Shown here one piece after another: positions 9,963 through 21,900 of a DNA stretch of 64,000 nt; positions within the stretch are counted from its first letter, which is position 1, and the number at the start of each line of letters is the position of its first letter. Origin of the DNA: Azolla caroliniana (lineage: Eukaryota; Plantae; Polypodiophyta); the NCBI GenBank assembly GCA_043228905.1, contig JBHGNT010000020.1:4898001-4962000 (forward strand), given 5' to 3'. A program made the translations under genes and the position numbers. The notes under the pieces are model-generated. The model had not been told where the DNA came from, made no database searches, and saw only the letters and a list, made by a program, of their open reading frames with translations.

Positions 9963-12177
9963 CGGTTTACGCACCTCGGGTGCTTCATTGAGGAAGAGGG
10001 CCGAATAATTTCGCAAGGCACCGAGACGAGAGGATGTTTATCCTCGACACCAATGACGTCGGCACCTTTATGTTCGCAAAGGGTCCGAAGATCGAGTCGG
10101 ATATCGATCTATGGCACAAGAGGATAGGCCACATCAACTACCGGAGGCTTGACAACCTGCAATCGAAACAAGTTGTTTTCGGATTGCCGAAATTTAATGC
10201 CCGAAAGACCCAAATTTGCGAAGCCTGCCAGCTTGTGAAGCAACACTGGCTTCTGTTCCCCACCGAAAGAAATCAAAGCCGTAACAAGCTCGATCTAATA
10301 CATTCAAATGTATGGGGACCGTCATGGAACATTAGTCTTGGCAGGAGCCGATATTTCGTCTCCTTTGTCGACGACTATAGTCGACACACATGGATCTACC
10401 TCATCGAGAAGAAAAACGAAGTTTTCGATTGTTTCCAGAACTTGCAGAGTTTAGTCGAACGGGAAATAGAAAGGAAGATCAAGTGCTTGGGATCGAATTG
10501 TGGAAATGAATACTTTTCCGGCCAATTCAACAATTATCCGCAACAATTAGGAATTCAGAGAGAATTTGGTTGTAGATACACACTAGAACAAAACGGTGTG
10601 GCCGAATGGAAGAACCAGTCAATTGTGGAGGCGGCATGGGCAATGCTGGAAGAGAAGAGCATGCCCAAGTTTAACTTCGTCAAAGCAGTCTAGACGACCT
10701 TTTACATCCAAAACAGAATTGGGGATAAGGTGTCAGCACATGAACTGTATTTCGAGCGGAAGCTGAATTTAAGGCACCTTAAGATATTCAGTAGCATTTC
10801 ATATGTGCATGTGCCAGAAGAGGAGCAGAGAAAGTTGGAGAAGTGTATCCTTGTTAGTACTCACATGATCAAAAGGGTTATAAGTGCTATAACCTTGAAA
10901 CGAAACAAGTTCGAGTGAGCCGAGATGTCGAATTTGATGAGTCAACATCATGGTACTCTCTACTGACTCCAATATCCGACTCCAACCTGATTCCAGAGTA
11001 TGAGGCCAATGAGCCCAAAACAATCCGAGTAGAAGAGGACGCAGGATTCAGTACTCTAGATGAGAGTCCAATCTCATTTCGATTGAGGGGGCTGAATGAA
11101 TCGTTGAGTCTAAAGAACCAGTAGGATGATGAGCCAGGGAGAAGTGAACATTTAGCCATGCTCTTCCCGCGCAAGGGAACGAGGAGACGGTTCACTCACA
11201 AAGAAAAAGGGAAGAAGAAGATGTCGGAGTACAATACCAGCAGAGACGAGTCGGAGCGAAGCGAATCTGACCCCAAACAGATCGAAGACGGACGTTCGGA
11301 AGAGAAGTCTAAGTTAGCTAAGAAGGCGAAGAAATCGGCAAATCAGAAATTGTGCCGATTGACCCCCCAGAAGATCCCCGTCAAACGGTATGGGTATAAC
11401 CAATATATGGCGCATCAGTATGCGTACATGACAAAAGTGGTGGCAGTGCATGACCCGGAGATCTACGCAGAAGCGACGAAGGGCGCAAATTTGCATGCCA
11501 CTATGGAGGAAGAGATGCACGCACTAACGGAAAATGGGATGTGAGATTTAGCAGATGTACTGAATGGAGTGAAGATGATCGGTTGTCGGTGGGTATACAA
11601 GGTTAAATACAACACCGATGGCTCCGTCAACAAGTAGAAGGCCCAGTTAGTGACCAAGGGCTATGTGCAGCAGCACGGCATCGATTATGATGAGACGTTC
11701 GTGCCGGTCGCGAAGAGGACGATTGCCCGTGTCTTGCTTGCGATGGCAACGGCGAAGGGGTGTCATCTACATCAAATGGATGTAAAGAATGCGTTCCTAC
11801 AAGGTGATCTTCAAGAGCAGGTGTATATGGTTCAGCCCCCCAGATTTCAGTCTAGAGTGAATACATCGGCGGTGACGATTGAAGAAGTTCCTCTACAGAC
11901 TCAAGCAAGCCCCATGCACCTGGAACACAAAGATCACTCAGAGCCTGCATCGGATGGGGTTCGATCCGTTGAAATCAGACTCTTCACTCTTCATCTGGCA
12001 AGGCTAGAATGGGTGAGTTAGTATTTTACTTTATGTTGATGATTTAGTCATCGCCGGCTCCGATCAGAATGAAATCGGCCACGTCAAATCCCAACTTGGC
12101 ATTATTCTTGATGAAGGATCTAGGAAACCTTCATTACTTCCTTGGGATCGAAGTGATCCGCACCCCGGAAGGCATTT

Positions 12178-13322
12178 TTTACCATGTGTAAAGAGCATCA
12201 GTAGTCAGGAAACCACAGATCTCATTATGTGTGAAGTGTTTCGACATCATGGTCTTCTAGACAATATGATTAGCGATCAGAAAACATCACCGGCAACCAT
12301 CCTCGATGGTGTATCCTAGATCTTTCCTAGGTCGCACGAAACCCTAGTGTTGAGCATCAACTTCATCGACTACACCGGATCCAGTTAGCGTTATCTTCAC
12401 GTAGCTCAAGCATAACATAAGACTAATGCAAATCGCCATCGTCTTAAGTCTCCTTTTAAGGTTTATGATCGAGTGTGGTTGCTTCGTCATCACATCAAGA
12501 CTACATGACCCTGTGAGAAACTCAATTATCAATGCTTAGGTCCTTTTCACATCACGGCGCGGATTAATGATGCAACCTTTTGTCTTAACCTTCCAGCACA
12601 CATGTGGCTTCACCCATCCATCACACATGTGGCTTCACCCAGTCTTTTATAGCTCTCGTTTGGAACCTTGTCGCACCTCTTCCATTCCTAATCGAGTCGT
12701 GCCATCTCCGCCCCCTATCCAGCTCTATTAATTGGGTAGGCTATCCTCCGACTGATCGCACTTGGGAACCTGTCAATAATGTTTCTAATGGTCAAGCTCT
12801 TGTCGAAGTTATCCAAACAAACCGGGCTCTACATTGCTAACGCCAACTTCCACTCATTGTTCTCAAAGGGGAGATAGTGTCATGAATACATAAACATCAT
12901 GGCTTCACCTGGGCTTGAACCCAAGACCTTGTAATACATACTCAAGAACCCAACCATTAAGATAACTTATGATTATATGAAATGATAGAAGCTACTTCTT
13001 ATAATACACTGATTATTGTAAATACTCTAGAACATTCTAGAACATTCTAGAATATTCTAGAACATCTTAGAATATTCTAGGTCTAGAACATTCTAGAACA
13101 TTATTTAAATCTCAAGGCTATTCTATAGGAACCTAATAGGGCCATACATGTATTCTCAAATCAATTTGAATGAACACGACTCTTAAGCTCTCATCACCTA
13201 TCTTCTATCCATTCTCATTCTACTTTAATACATTCATTCGTCTCTTATCATTCCATTCCTCTCTTCTTGTGATCTCTTTATATCTTTCTTCCGCCACTCT
13301 ATCTTCTGTCTTAGTTCGGACA
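12178..13322 (+). mobile_element. 3' remnant of a chromovirus (gypsy): integrase fragments, chromodomain, PPT, 3' LTR 12878-13322
   Basis: PCVKSISSQETTDLIM and WVGYPPTDRTWEPVNN; PPT AAAGGGGAGATAG; LTR TGTCATG...GGACA homologous to 13851-14269, with TCTAGAACAT tandem repeats. Confidence 0.85.
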
Positions 13323-14309
13323 CGACCCACCTCGTCCTCCACACTCACGGGTCCAATCCGCCTCTATGTACAACATCCGGCTATCGGATTGAGTGGTCCT
13401 TGACCCACTCATGTGATTTTCTTTGACCATAAGCATCGATTGCAGGTCGAAGAAGGTCAGTGGCTTCTCCCGGGTGCAAATCGTTGTCCGGATTGGCACG
13501 TACCATTGTGCTAGACCACCGAGGTAGATTTGGACCATCTCGTCTTCGTCCACCGTCACGTTGATGGACCCGAGCGCATCGAAGATCTCCTTGATCTTGG
13601 TGGTGTAGTCAGTAACCGACATGTCCCGTTGCCAGATACTATGGAGCTCTTACCGGAGCTATAACATCGAAGCCGCGGTACTTGCGGCGAAAATCATCTA
13701 GAGATTTTCCCAAGCCTCCTTCGGCGACTTGGCATCTTTGATGTAGCCGAGCATGTAGCCGAGCACACAGGACTCAAAGTAATACAGTACTCTGCTCGCT
13801 CCTTACTCCCATGCCGAGAAGTCCTTGTGTGCCGAATCCGGCGCTGCTACTGTCAGAACGAAGAATAAAAGATAGAGTGATGGAAGAAGGATATAAGGGA
13901 ACACGAGAAGAAAGGAACGAAATTCTAAGAGAAGAATTGGTGTATTAAGATAGAAAAAGAAAGAGAATGGATACAAGATATGTAATGAGAGCTAAAGACT
14001 GGTGTTGATTCGAATTGATTTGAGAATACATGTATGCCCTTATTTATAGGTTCCTATATAATAGCTTAGAGATTTCTATAATGTTCTAGAATGTTCTAGG
14101 ACATTCTAGAATGATCTAGAGTTTTTACAGTAATCAATCGAATACAAAAAGTAGCTTTTATCCTCTCATATGACAATAAGCTATCTTAATGCTTGAGGTT
14201 TTCAATTATGGATTAAAAGATTCGAGGTTCAAGTCTGGATGACGCCATAATGGTCATCTGTTCATGACAATATCCTTCTTTCGAGAACGCTAACTCGGCG
14301 TTAACATTG

Positions 14310-14482
14310 TAGGGCCAGGTTTGTTTGGATAGTGGCAATGGAAGTCATCAACAAAAGCTTGAGCATTACAAATGTTATCGACAGGTTCCCAAGTGCGATC
14401 ACTCGATGGATAGCCAAGCCACTCAACTAGATAATAAAGCTTATTACGCACAATCTTAGAATCGAGAATAGCAGCTACCTCA
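14310..14482 (-). pseudogene. Integrase C-terminal chromodomain
   Basis: EVAAILDSKIVRNKLYYLVEWLGYPSSDRTWEPVDNICNAQAFVDDFHCHYPNKPG; joins DGPEY at 30043 and onward. Confidence 0.9.
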
Positions 14483-14844
14483 TGTTGAATACGGGGTTTC
14501 TAATGGACGTATTCACACTATCTCCTTTTGAACACACTAGACTTAAGCTATTTATATTAATAGTCAGAAGGCCAGTTGCCCTAAGTTAGTCAGTATATAA
14601 ACTAACTTTATAACCCAGTTACGGGTTGGTTGCTCATTTTGTAAAAAGTTGTAATAAACTTCATTAAACTCTGACTCTCTCTCTTGCAAACTAGTTGTCT
14701 TTTACTTTCTGTCTTTGTTGCCATCAAAGTTATGATCTTGCAACCATTTACGATCTTATCCTAGAAGAGCGTTGATCTTGTTCCGCATTAGAAGACGGTG
14801 TTCCCAACATTTGGTATCAGAGCCTAGTTTTGTATTTGATTCTA

Positions 14845-15130
14845 GGGAAAAGTACTAGGATACCCCTGGAAGCTCATCTATTTACCAAAATGCCCCTGGA
14901 AGTTCCAAATTTACCAAACTACCCCTATGTCCAAAAAATTACACTTTATAAATTAATTATACACTCAAATCTTTGATACATAGGGCTAGTTCGAGTCCAT
15001 TTCTTCCATCTTTGGTAAATAGGGCTTGTAGATTTGAGTGTATAATTACTTTATATAAAGTGTAATTTTTTGGACATAGGGGTAGTTTGGTAAATAGACG
15101 AACTTCTAGCGGTATCCTGGTACTTTTCCC
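14845..15130. mobile_element. Mutator-like MITE (non-autonomous DNA transposon)
   Basis: Long terminal inverted repeats GGGAAAAGTAC...GTACTTTTCCC (>100 bp, with a ~31-bp duplication in the left arm); perfect 9-bp TSD TTGATTCTA at 14836-14844 and 15131-15139. Confidence 0.92.
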
Positions 15131-15591
15131 TTGATTCTATTGCCGCCTTCTATGTAGTCTCCATCGATAACTCTCCTTTGTGTATCTTGAAGATCTTAGC
15201 TGATCTCGACCGGCGACATACAACAAGATTGTTTACGCAAAGAGAAACGTGATGAAGTATGCACTCTACTATTCTAGGTCACTCTTGCTTATGTGATCAT
15301 AGCCACTCGGAGTGAGACTTCTATCCTAACTAGGCCAAATCGTTGCTTCACTCGGCTAGGCGGAAATCGAATAGGTCATCTGACACTTTTCTCCTACTCG
15401 CCGTAGTCACCTGAAGCAAAACACGACCCCAGGGGCAACTCCAATCTATGTTTCATTCAACTAAATGACATTCAGGAGGACCAGTCGGATGCATCCCTCT
15501 CATCGTTGTAGTTAACCGAAACAGGATCGGCCTGGAGTACTGCACATAATCCGTGTTGGAAAATCTCGAAAAAAAAGAAAAACGATATTCG

Positions 15592-15911
15592 TGTTGAGAG
15601 ATCAAGCTCAACTTAGTTTAGTTAGTTAGTCAATCATGTATCTTCGTAGTTACCTAGATAGAATCTAGTTAGAAGTGTTGACTATAACGCCTTAAATAGG
15701 ACCTTGTACTTGAGTGGGATATTCTAGATCCTCCACTCCTAGGTACATTTAATATAGGACTTACACCTTTGTACCTATATTATCCTCACACATGTGCACC
15801 CTTGCACATGAGATCTATATATACCTCATTGTAAGTATTTTTGTATTTGATGATGATAATGCTAATTTAATATAGTTACTCATCCCCCATCTTGTGTTGT
15901 TCATAAGTGTA

Positions 15912-15948
<37 letters not shown>

Positions 15949-18213
15949 TATCACTTAATCTTTCGCTTATCAACTAATCACATAATTAGGTACTAATTAA
16001 CCCATAGTTAATCACCTAATTCTTAACATGGTATCAGAGCGAGGTTTAGCACATCCACTAAGCCCATCCGCCTCTTCATAATTGTGTGTTCGAAACGCCA
16101 ACGACAAATTCCGGTTATCCGCTACCGTAGCACGTTTACGTGATAGAGGAAGAAAAGCAAAAGAAGAGAAGACACTAATCAACATGAACACACAAATGGG
16201 TAGCTCGCTCCCTAGTGAAAAGCTAGACCGGAGCAATTATTCATCTTGGGAGTACAAGATGACCCAATACCTCATCGGCCAAGGGTATTGGAGCTACATC
16301 AACGGCGCTCAAGAAAATCGACCCGACTCAAAGAACGCCGACTACGCAACATGGGAGCAAGCGGCGAGTTGAGTCATGTATTGTTTGGCAACATGTGTCC
16401 ACGACCACATGCTTAGCCACATTCGAGACGCCAAGACGCCTAAAGAAGCATTGGCGAACAAATGAACCAATACCTTGTCAATCACCAGATCGACCCGGCT
16501 ACATAGAGACGGGAGACGACACAACGCATCCCATTCAGCACATCGGCAACGTTCCATTTGGCAACGATAGAAGGAACAATTGCATCAAGAATTTCCTGCA
16601 TGTGCCCACAATAACGAAGAATTTGGTCTCGGTAGGCCAAATCGTGGACCAAGGAATGGAAGTTCGCTTCAACAAAGAAGGATGCTTCATCGAGAAAGAT
16701 GGTCGACTCATATGGAAGGGGTGGAGAGATGGAGGAATGTTCATCCTCAATTCGAATGAGGTAAAATCGGCAATGTATGCTAAAAGTCTCAAAACCGAGA
16801 CAAGCATCGAGTTGTGGCACAAGAGAATCGGCCACATAAACCTCCAGTGGCTTCAAGCTATGCAAGCAAAGGGAATCGTCATCGGACTTCCGACATTCAA
16901 GTCAAAACGAGTCGACCGAGTATGTGAAGTGAAAAAGATTATGTGCGGAAGCAATAGAAAACCGAACACAGAAAATATGCAAGTTTAATGGAGAGCTTGA
17001 ATATACACAGTACGCGGGAGAGACAGAGAGAGAGAACACACACAAACTCAATTCAAAATAATACTCAATCTGTACATACAACGTGCTCAGTGAACACCTT
17101 TTATACAAGCCTTGACAATCGGGCTGACACAAGTACTGACAGTACTTGACTCCTCATAAATGAGCCTCGACACTCACTCCCAAAATTAGTCCTTACGAGG
17201 AATATCTCTCTAACGGCCTTTCAGTTTACGCACCGATACGGCCAGGTTATGTGTACCGATTTATGCACCCAGTCTACGCACTGGGTTACGCATCGTATTA
17301 CGCACAAATGTTGAGCTTGTCTCTCAACATGAAGCGTGTCAACTCGGCAAACAACATCAACTCCTATTCCCGAAGGAGGGCCACGCGAGCAAAGGCCTCC
17401 TCGACATCATACACTCGGATGTATGGGGACCAGCTCAAACGCCGACGATCGGCGGATGCCGATTCTACGTCACTTTCATCGACAACTACTCACGTTACGC
17501 ATGGATCTTCTTGATAAAGAAGAAGAGCAAAGTGTTCACCCACTTCCAAAAGCTCAAGGGTCAAGTCGAAAAACAAAACGGTCGGCACATTCGATGCTTA
17601 CGATCGGATGGAGGCAAGGAGTACTTCTCCGACGAATTCACCTCCTACCTCCAAAGTGAAGGCATTCGTAGAGAATTCTCATGCTGACACACACCCCAAC
17701 AAAATGGAGTAGCCGAAAGGAAGAATTGGCAAATACTCGAGGTAGCAGGCGCCATGATACATGAGAAGCACATGCCGAACTTCTATTGGACCGAAGCGGC
17801 ATCCATGGCCATCTATCTCATGGACCGGTGCACCACCAATGGAGTCCATGAGCTAACTCCCTACAAGCTCCTCGTCGGAAGGAAGCCGATCCTGTCGTAC
17901 CTCAAGGTGTTTGGAAGCATTGTGAATGTACGCATCCCGAACAAAAACCGACAGAAGCCCAACACAAAGTCCTCATAGGATACTCGTCTGAGAAGAAGGC
18001 ATACAAGTGCTACAACCCTTCTACCTGAGCGGTTCGGGTAAGTCGAGATGTAGTCTTCAAGGAATCCGCAACCTGGTATGCACCAGAGACAACTTTGACT
18101 CCGACTCCGCTTGACCCGGAATCCACTTAACAAGAGATAGTTAATCACATAATTCTTAACATGGTATCAGAGCGAGGTTACTCATCCCCCATCTTGTGTT
18201 GTTCATAAGTGTA

Positions 18214-18250
<37 letters not shown>

Positions 18251-18350
18251 TACGCACACATAGACACACATATCACTTAATCTTCCGCTTATGAACTAAT
18301 CACATAATTAGATACTAATTAACCCATATTTAATCACCTAATTCTTAACA
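15592..18350 (+). mobile_element. Internally deleted copia (5' LTR 15592-16028, PBS 16029-16040, gag/PR/INT fragments, partial 3' LTR ~18177-18350)
   Basis: TSD ATTCG at 15587-15591 and 18351-18355; KLDRSNYSSWEYKM, LWHKRIGH and SDGGKEY motifs. Confidence 0.9.
16930..17329 (-). mobile_element. Solo LTR, copia family related to 40666-46363
   Basis: TSD TGAAG at 16925-16929 and 17330-17334; the minus strand begins TGTTGAGAGACAAGCTCAACA. Confidence 0.9.
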
Positions 18351-18881
18351 ATTCGTAATTGACACGACTTGTGTTCAACTTTGGCTAGAACGACATCGAG
18401 TGAGCCAGGCTGCTGCACTCCACCACAGTTTGTAGCTAACTCCGGACAAAGTCTATGTTACCGGCCGGCAAGGAGTCCAAAATACGGAGTGAAGGAATTA
18501 ATTAGATATGGTTGTAAATGAGCATAGTGTGGACGGACGGACTGGAAACGGTATGCCGTTCCAGATCCGGACGGATCCCGAATAGGTGCGAGAGGCACCG
18601 TTTTGTACTACGGGCCGGAAACCTATTTAAAGGCCCGGACCCTATTGTAATGACAGCGGATAATTAATAGAGATTCTGATGTTCATACTTCTGTCTTGAT
18701 TTCCGTTCTGTAATTACTGTTATATCTTACGCGTGTAATTAACCAAAGCAATCTAATCGTGAAACCTACGTAAGTCGGTGTAATCGTTGAATCTTAATCC
18801 TATGCCGTAATCACCCTTTGGTGAAGTGTCTCCGTGACACCTTGTGTTAGGCCTTGTCCGGCTAAGAGAATAACACAGTTT

Positions 18882-18891
18882 TGGCGACCAC
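18882..18891 (+). promoter_or_regulatory. Primer-binding site, probably tRNA-Arg
   Basis: TGGCGACCAC, 6 nt after the LTR end; same motif at 36641. The tRNA assignment comes from my recollection of the plant tRNA-Arg(UCG) 3' end. Confidence 0.7.
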
Positions 18892-18926
18892 GATTCCTGC
18901 TTTCTCGCAGCGAACGACGGTAATGG

Positions 18927-21900
18927 ATGACTAGACCAACGCACGACTTGGTTACAGACCGAGCTCGACGCCTCGCCGAACGGCAAAGACGGCGTGAGAC
19001 TTTCCAGCAAGCAGCGCAGGAAATTCGCTCGGATCGTTCGTTCTCCAACGAGATCCGGAGAGTCGCGGAGGAATCTCTCCGGTTACGGCAAACTCGCGAC
19101 CAGGACGACGGAGGCAGTCTAAGTAGTCTCCGGGAAACCGAACGACTCCTGGAGGCGCTGGCAAGCGGAGAAAACGAGGCAGAAGCCTTTTCAGCCTACG
19201 AATCGGATTCCGAAGGGGGATACAGCGTGCACACGAACTACCGGAGCAGCAACGATACCCCCGGCGGCCCGGAAGACGACGGGTCGGATACCGTGCCGAC
19301 TCCAGAACCGGAACCGCTCAACCAGAGCTATCCGGAACCGCAAACGGAAGCCGTCAACCCACCAACACCGGAAGTGGAAGAAGCAAAGCCACCAACACCA
19401 ACGAAAGGGCCGGCAAAGGTACCGGAAGAAGAGCCGGAAAAAGAACCGGAAAAAGGACCGGCAAAAGAACCGGAAGTGGAACCGGAGAAAGAACCGGAAA
19501 AATATCAACAAACGCCACTAAACCGCGGCTTAATACTGGACGACGACATGCCGTTCCAATACTCAAAGTACCGCGATGATCCGGATGCGGAAGCGCATGT
19601 GGATGACTTCGAGCAGACATGGGAAGCAAATCACACGTCCCAGCGAATGACACCGGAGGAAGAAGAACGCTCGAAGATAGCGGAATTCGGAGTCACGTTG
19701 GAGGGACCAGTGACACGATGGCGGCGGTCGCAGGACCCGGCGACCATCACAACATTTGCAGAATTAAAAGCAAAATTCTTGCATTTTTTCCACAAGGAGG
19801 TCGACCAGACGACAATGGTGGGCCTGTTTTATACGATCCGGCAGGAGGCAGGGGAAAGCATTCCCCAATTCGTCATCCGTTTCCAACGGATGCATAGCCA
19901 GCTTGCCCGTGCACCCCCGGAGGAGGAATTACGGACGATATTTTTAAACGCACTCCGGGAACCGTTACGCACGGTGTGTACGGTGATCGACTTTCGAGGA
20001 TGCACCATCGATCAGGTCATTGACCGGGTCAGAGAAATGGAAAAGACAAGCTCATGGCTTACGCTGGGAACACTGCAACGGGCGTTACCCACCGAGGAAG
20101 ATCTCCGGTTCCGGCAGGCAATTCAATGCACAATCTGCTTGAATGCCGGACACTCGGCAGTAGAGTGCACCATGCGCACTCAGTGTGTGATTTGTCAATC
20201 CAAGAGTCATACAACGGACCGGTGCGAGTATAACCTGTTAAACCGACAAGCACCACCCGTCCGACGGATCGAGCCAAGAAACAGCCAAGACGAAGATGAA
20301 GATCGTTGGCAAAAAATGAACCGGTACCGACCGGCACAGGATGTCCGGTACGGAGACAGGCAAGAGAATGATGGTCGGTACGGGAATCGGCGTGATAACT
20401 ACGACCGGTATGAGCGATCGGACCGTTATCGGGAGCCCAACAGACGACACGAGCAATACGACAGAGACCATTCCCCTGGTTACCGAAGGCACCAGGAAGA
20501 CTACGGCCGATGTTACGATCCACCACGACCGGACTACCGAAATAAACATAAGAATAATAAGAAACGTAATTTCAAGAAAGGTGGTCACCCTAGGGACCCG
20601 GAACATGGAGTCCCAAGGAGCCAACCGGCACAGAACGCACCACTCGCTACGGGACCAACTCCGGCTACCAGCAATGCTGAATCCAGCAATACCCGTAAAG
20701 AGTACTGCTACTACTGCAGGCAGGAAGGCCACTACAGTAACCAGTGCCCGGTAAAGAGCTACGAGAAACGACCAGCAGTTAATATGGTGGTTCCGGAAGT
20801 GGCGGATTTACAGCAAGTAACCACACGGTCGAAAGGCATGGCCAAAGAGTGGGAAACACAAGAGGCCATACGAAAACAGGCGACGGAATGGGTGAAGGAA
20901 GCCAATGAAAAGAACGTCGCGGACACGGAACGGCAAAAGGCAAATAGCATAGGGAGTGCCGGCGGTAGCCACCCAGAAAACGAGACATGGCAAGCACTGC
21001 AAGAATGTCAGATCACGTTGCCGTTAGGAAGACTCTTGCAGCTCGTGCCGCGATTTACGGAAGGGCTAAAAACGGGCATGACAGACGGCATAGCCCCACC
21101 GGCACCAGTCCTCTTCTCGAACCCGGAGGAGGGACCGACGGTGGTGGACACTAGTAGTCCGGCGATTACAGCTATTGTCAAAGGGCACGAACTTCCCGGC
21201 ACCGTAATCGATGGAGGTTCCGGGGTGAACGTAATAAGCCTCCGTACGTGTGATGCCTTGGGAATACATGAATGGGAGCCATGCCCGTTCTAGCTACGGA
21301 TGGCGGATACGAGTTCGGTACGACCGACGGGCTTGATACGGAAATTGGAAGTCACCATAGGAGGTCACACATTTCACATCTCGGCTGTAGTGCTGCAGCT
21401 ACAGGCACAAGGCGCGTACCCTCTGTTGCTGGGCAGGCCATGGTTGAAAACAGCACACATCAAGCAAAATTGGCGAAAAAATATGATTACCTTCCGGCGC
21501 GGAAAAGCCAAGGTCCGGGTACCGACACAACCACGGACAAGCAACGGTAAGGAATGCACACCGCTGTATGCGGAATGTGTGAACATGCTTGAAGGGTTGG
21601 CAGACGACGAAGAAGCCCAGTACTTGGAGGAACACCCGAAGATCGTACCACTCTTCGAGATTGACGTAGCGGAAGCCGTAGCCCCATACTTGCCGCAGCG
21701 GGACGACACCGAAGCTGAACCAGAGGAAGATGTGATTCGAGAATTACGGCAAGCACAGGAAGCGTTGGAACGGGAAATGGCCGTTTCCCAACGGGTAAAA
21801 GCATCCCAGCTCGACGAAGTGAACCTAGGAAGCAAGGACGAATCAAAGCCGGTACACATCGCCAAAGAAATGAAGCCGGAAGATAAAGCGGCGATGATCA

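Larger units (their letters stand above)
4277..12177 (+). mobile_element. Degenerate Ty1/copia fragment (PR-INT-RT; same family as 40666-46363), host of the intact copia
   Basis: WYVDSGASNHM at ~4390. Continues after 9967 with LWHKRIGH, integrase (10034-10693) and RT ([13 protein letters not shown]), with many stops. Confidence 0.85.

Noticed and set aside
13025-13100. TCTAGAACAT repeats, and the U3 repeats at 2640-2830, as CRISPR-like arrays
   Set aside because: Head-to-tail LTR subrepeats with no unique spacers or cas genes, in a eukaryotic context.
21291-21293. TAG between the two long gypsy ORFs as a programmed gag-pol readthrough
   Set aside because: It lies inside the protease, after VIDGGSG, and the paralog has TGG (PCPFWLRMAD); a simple nonsense mutation.
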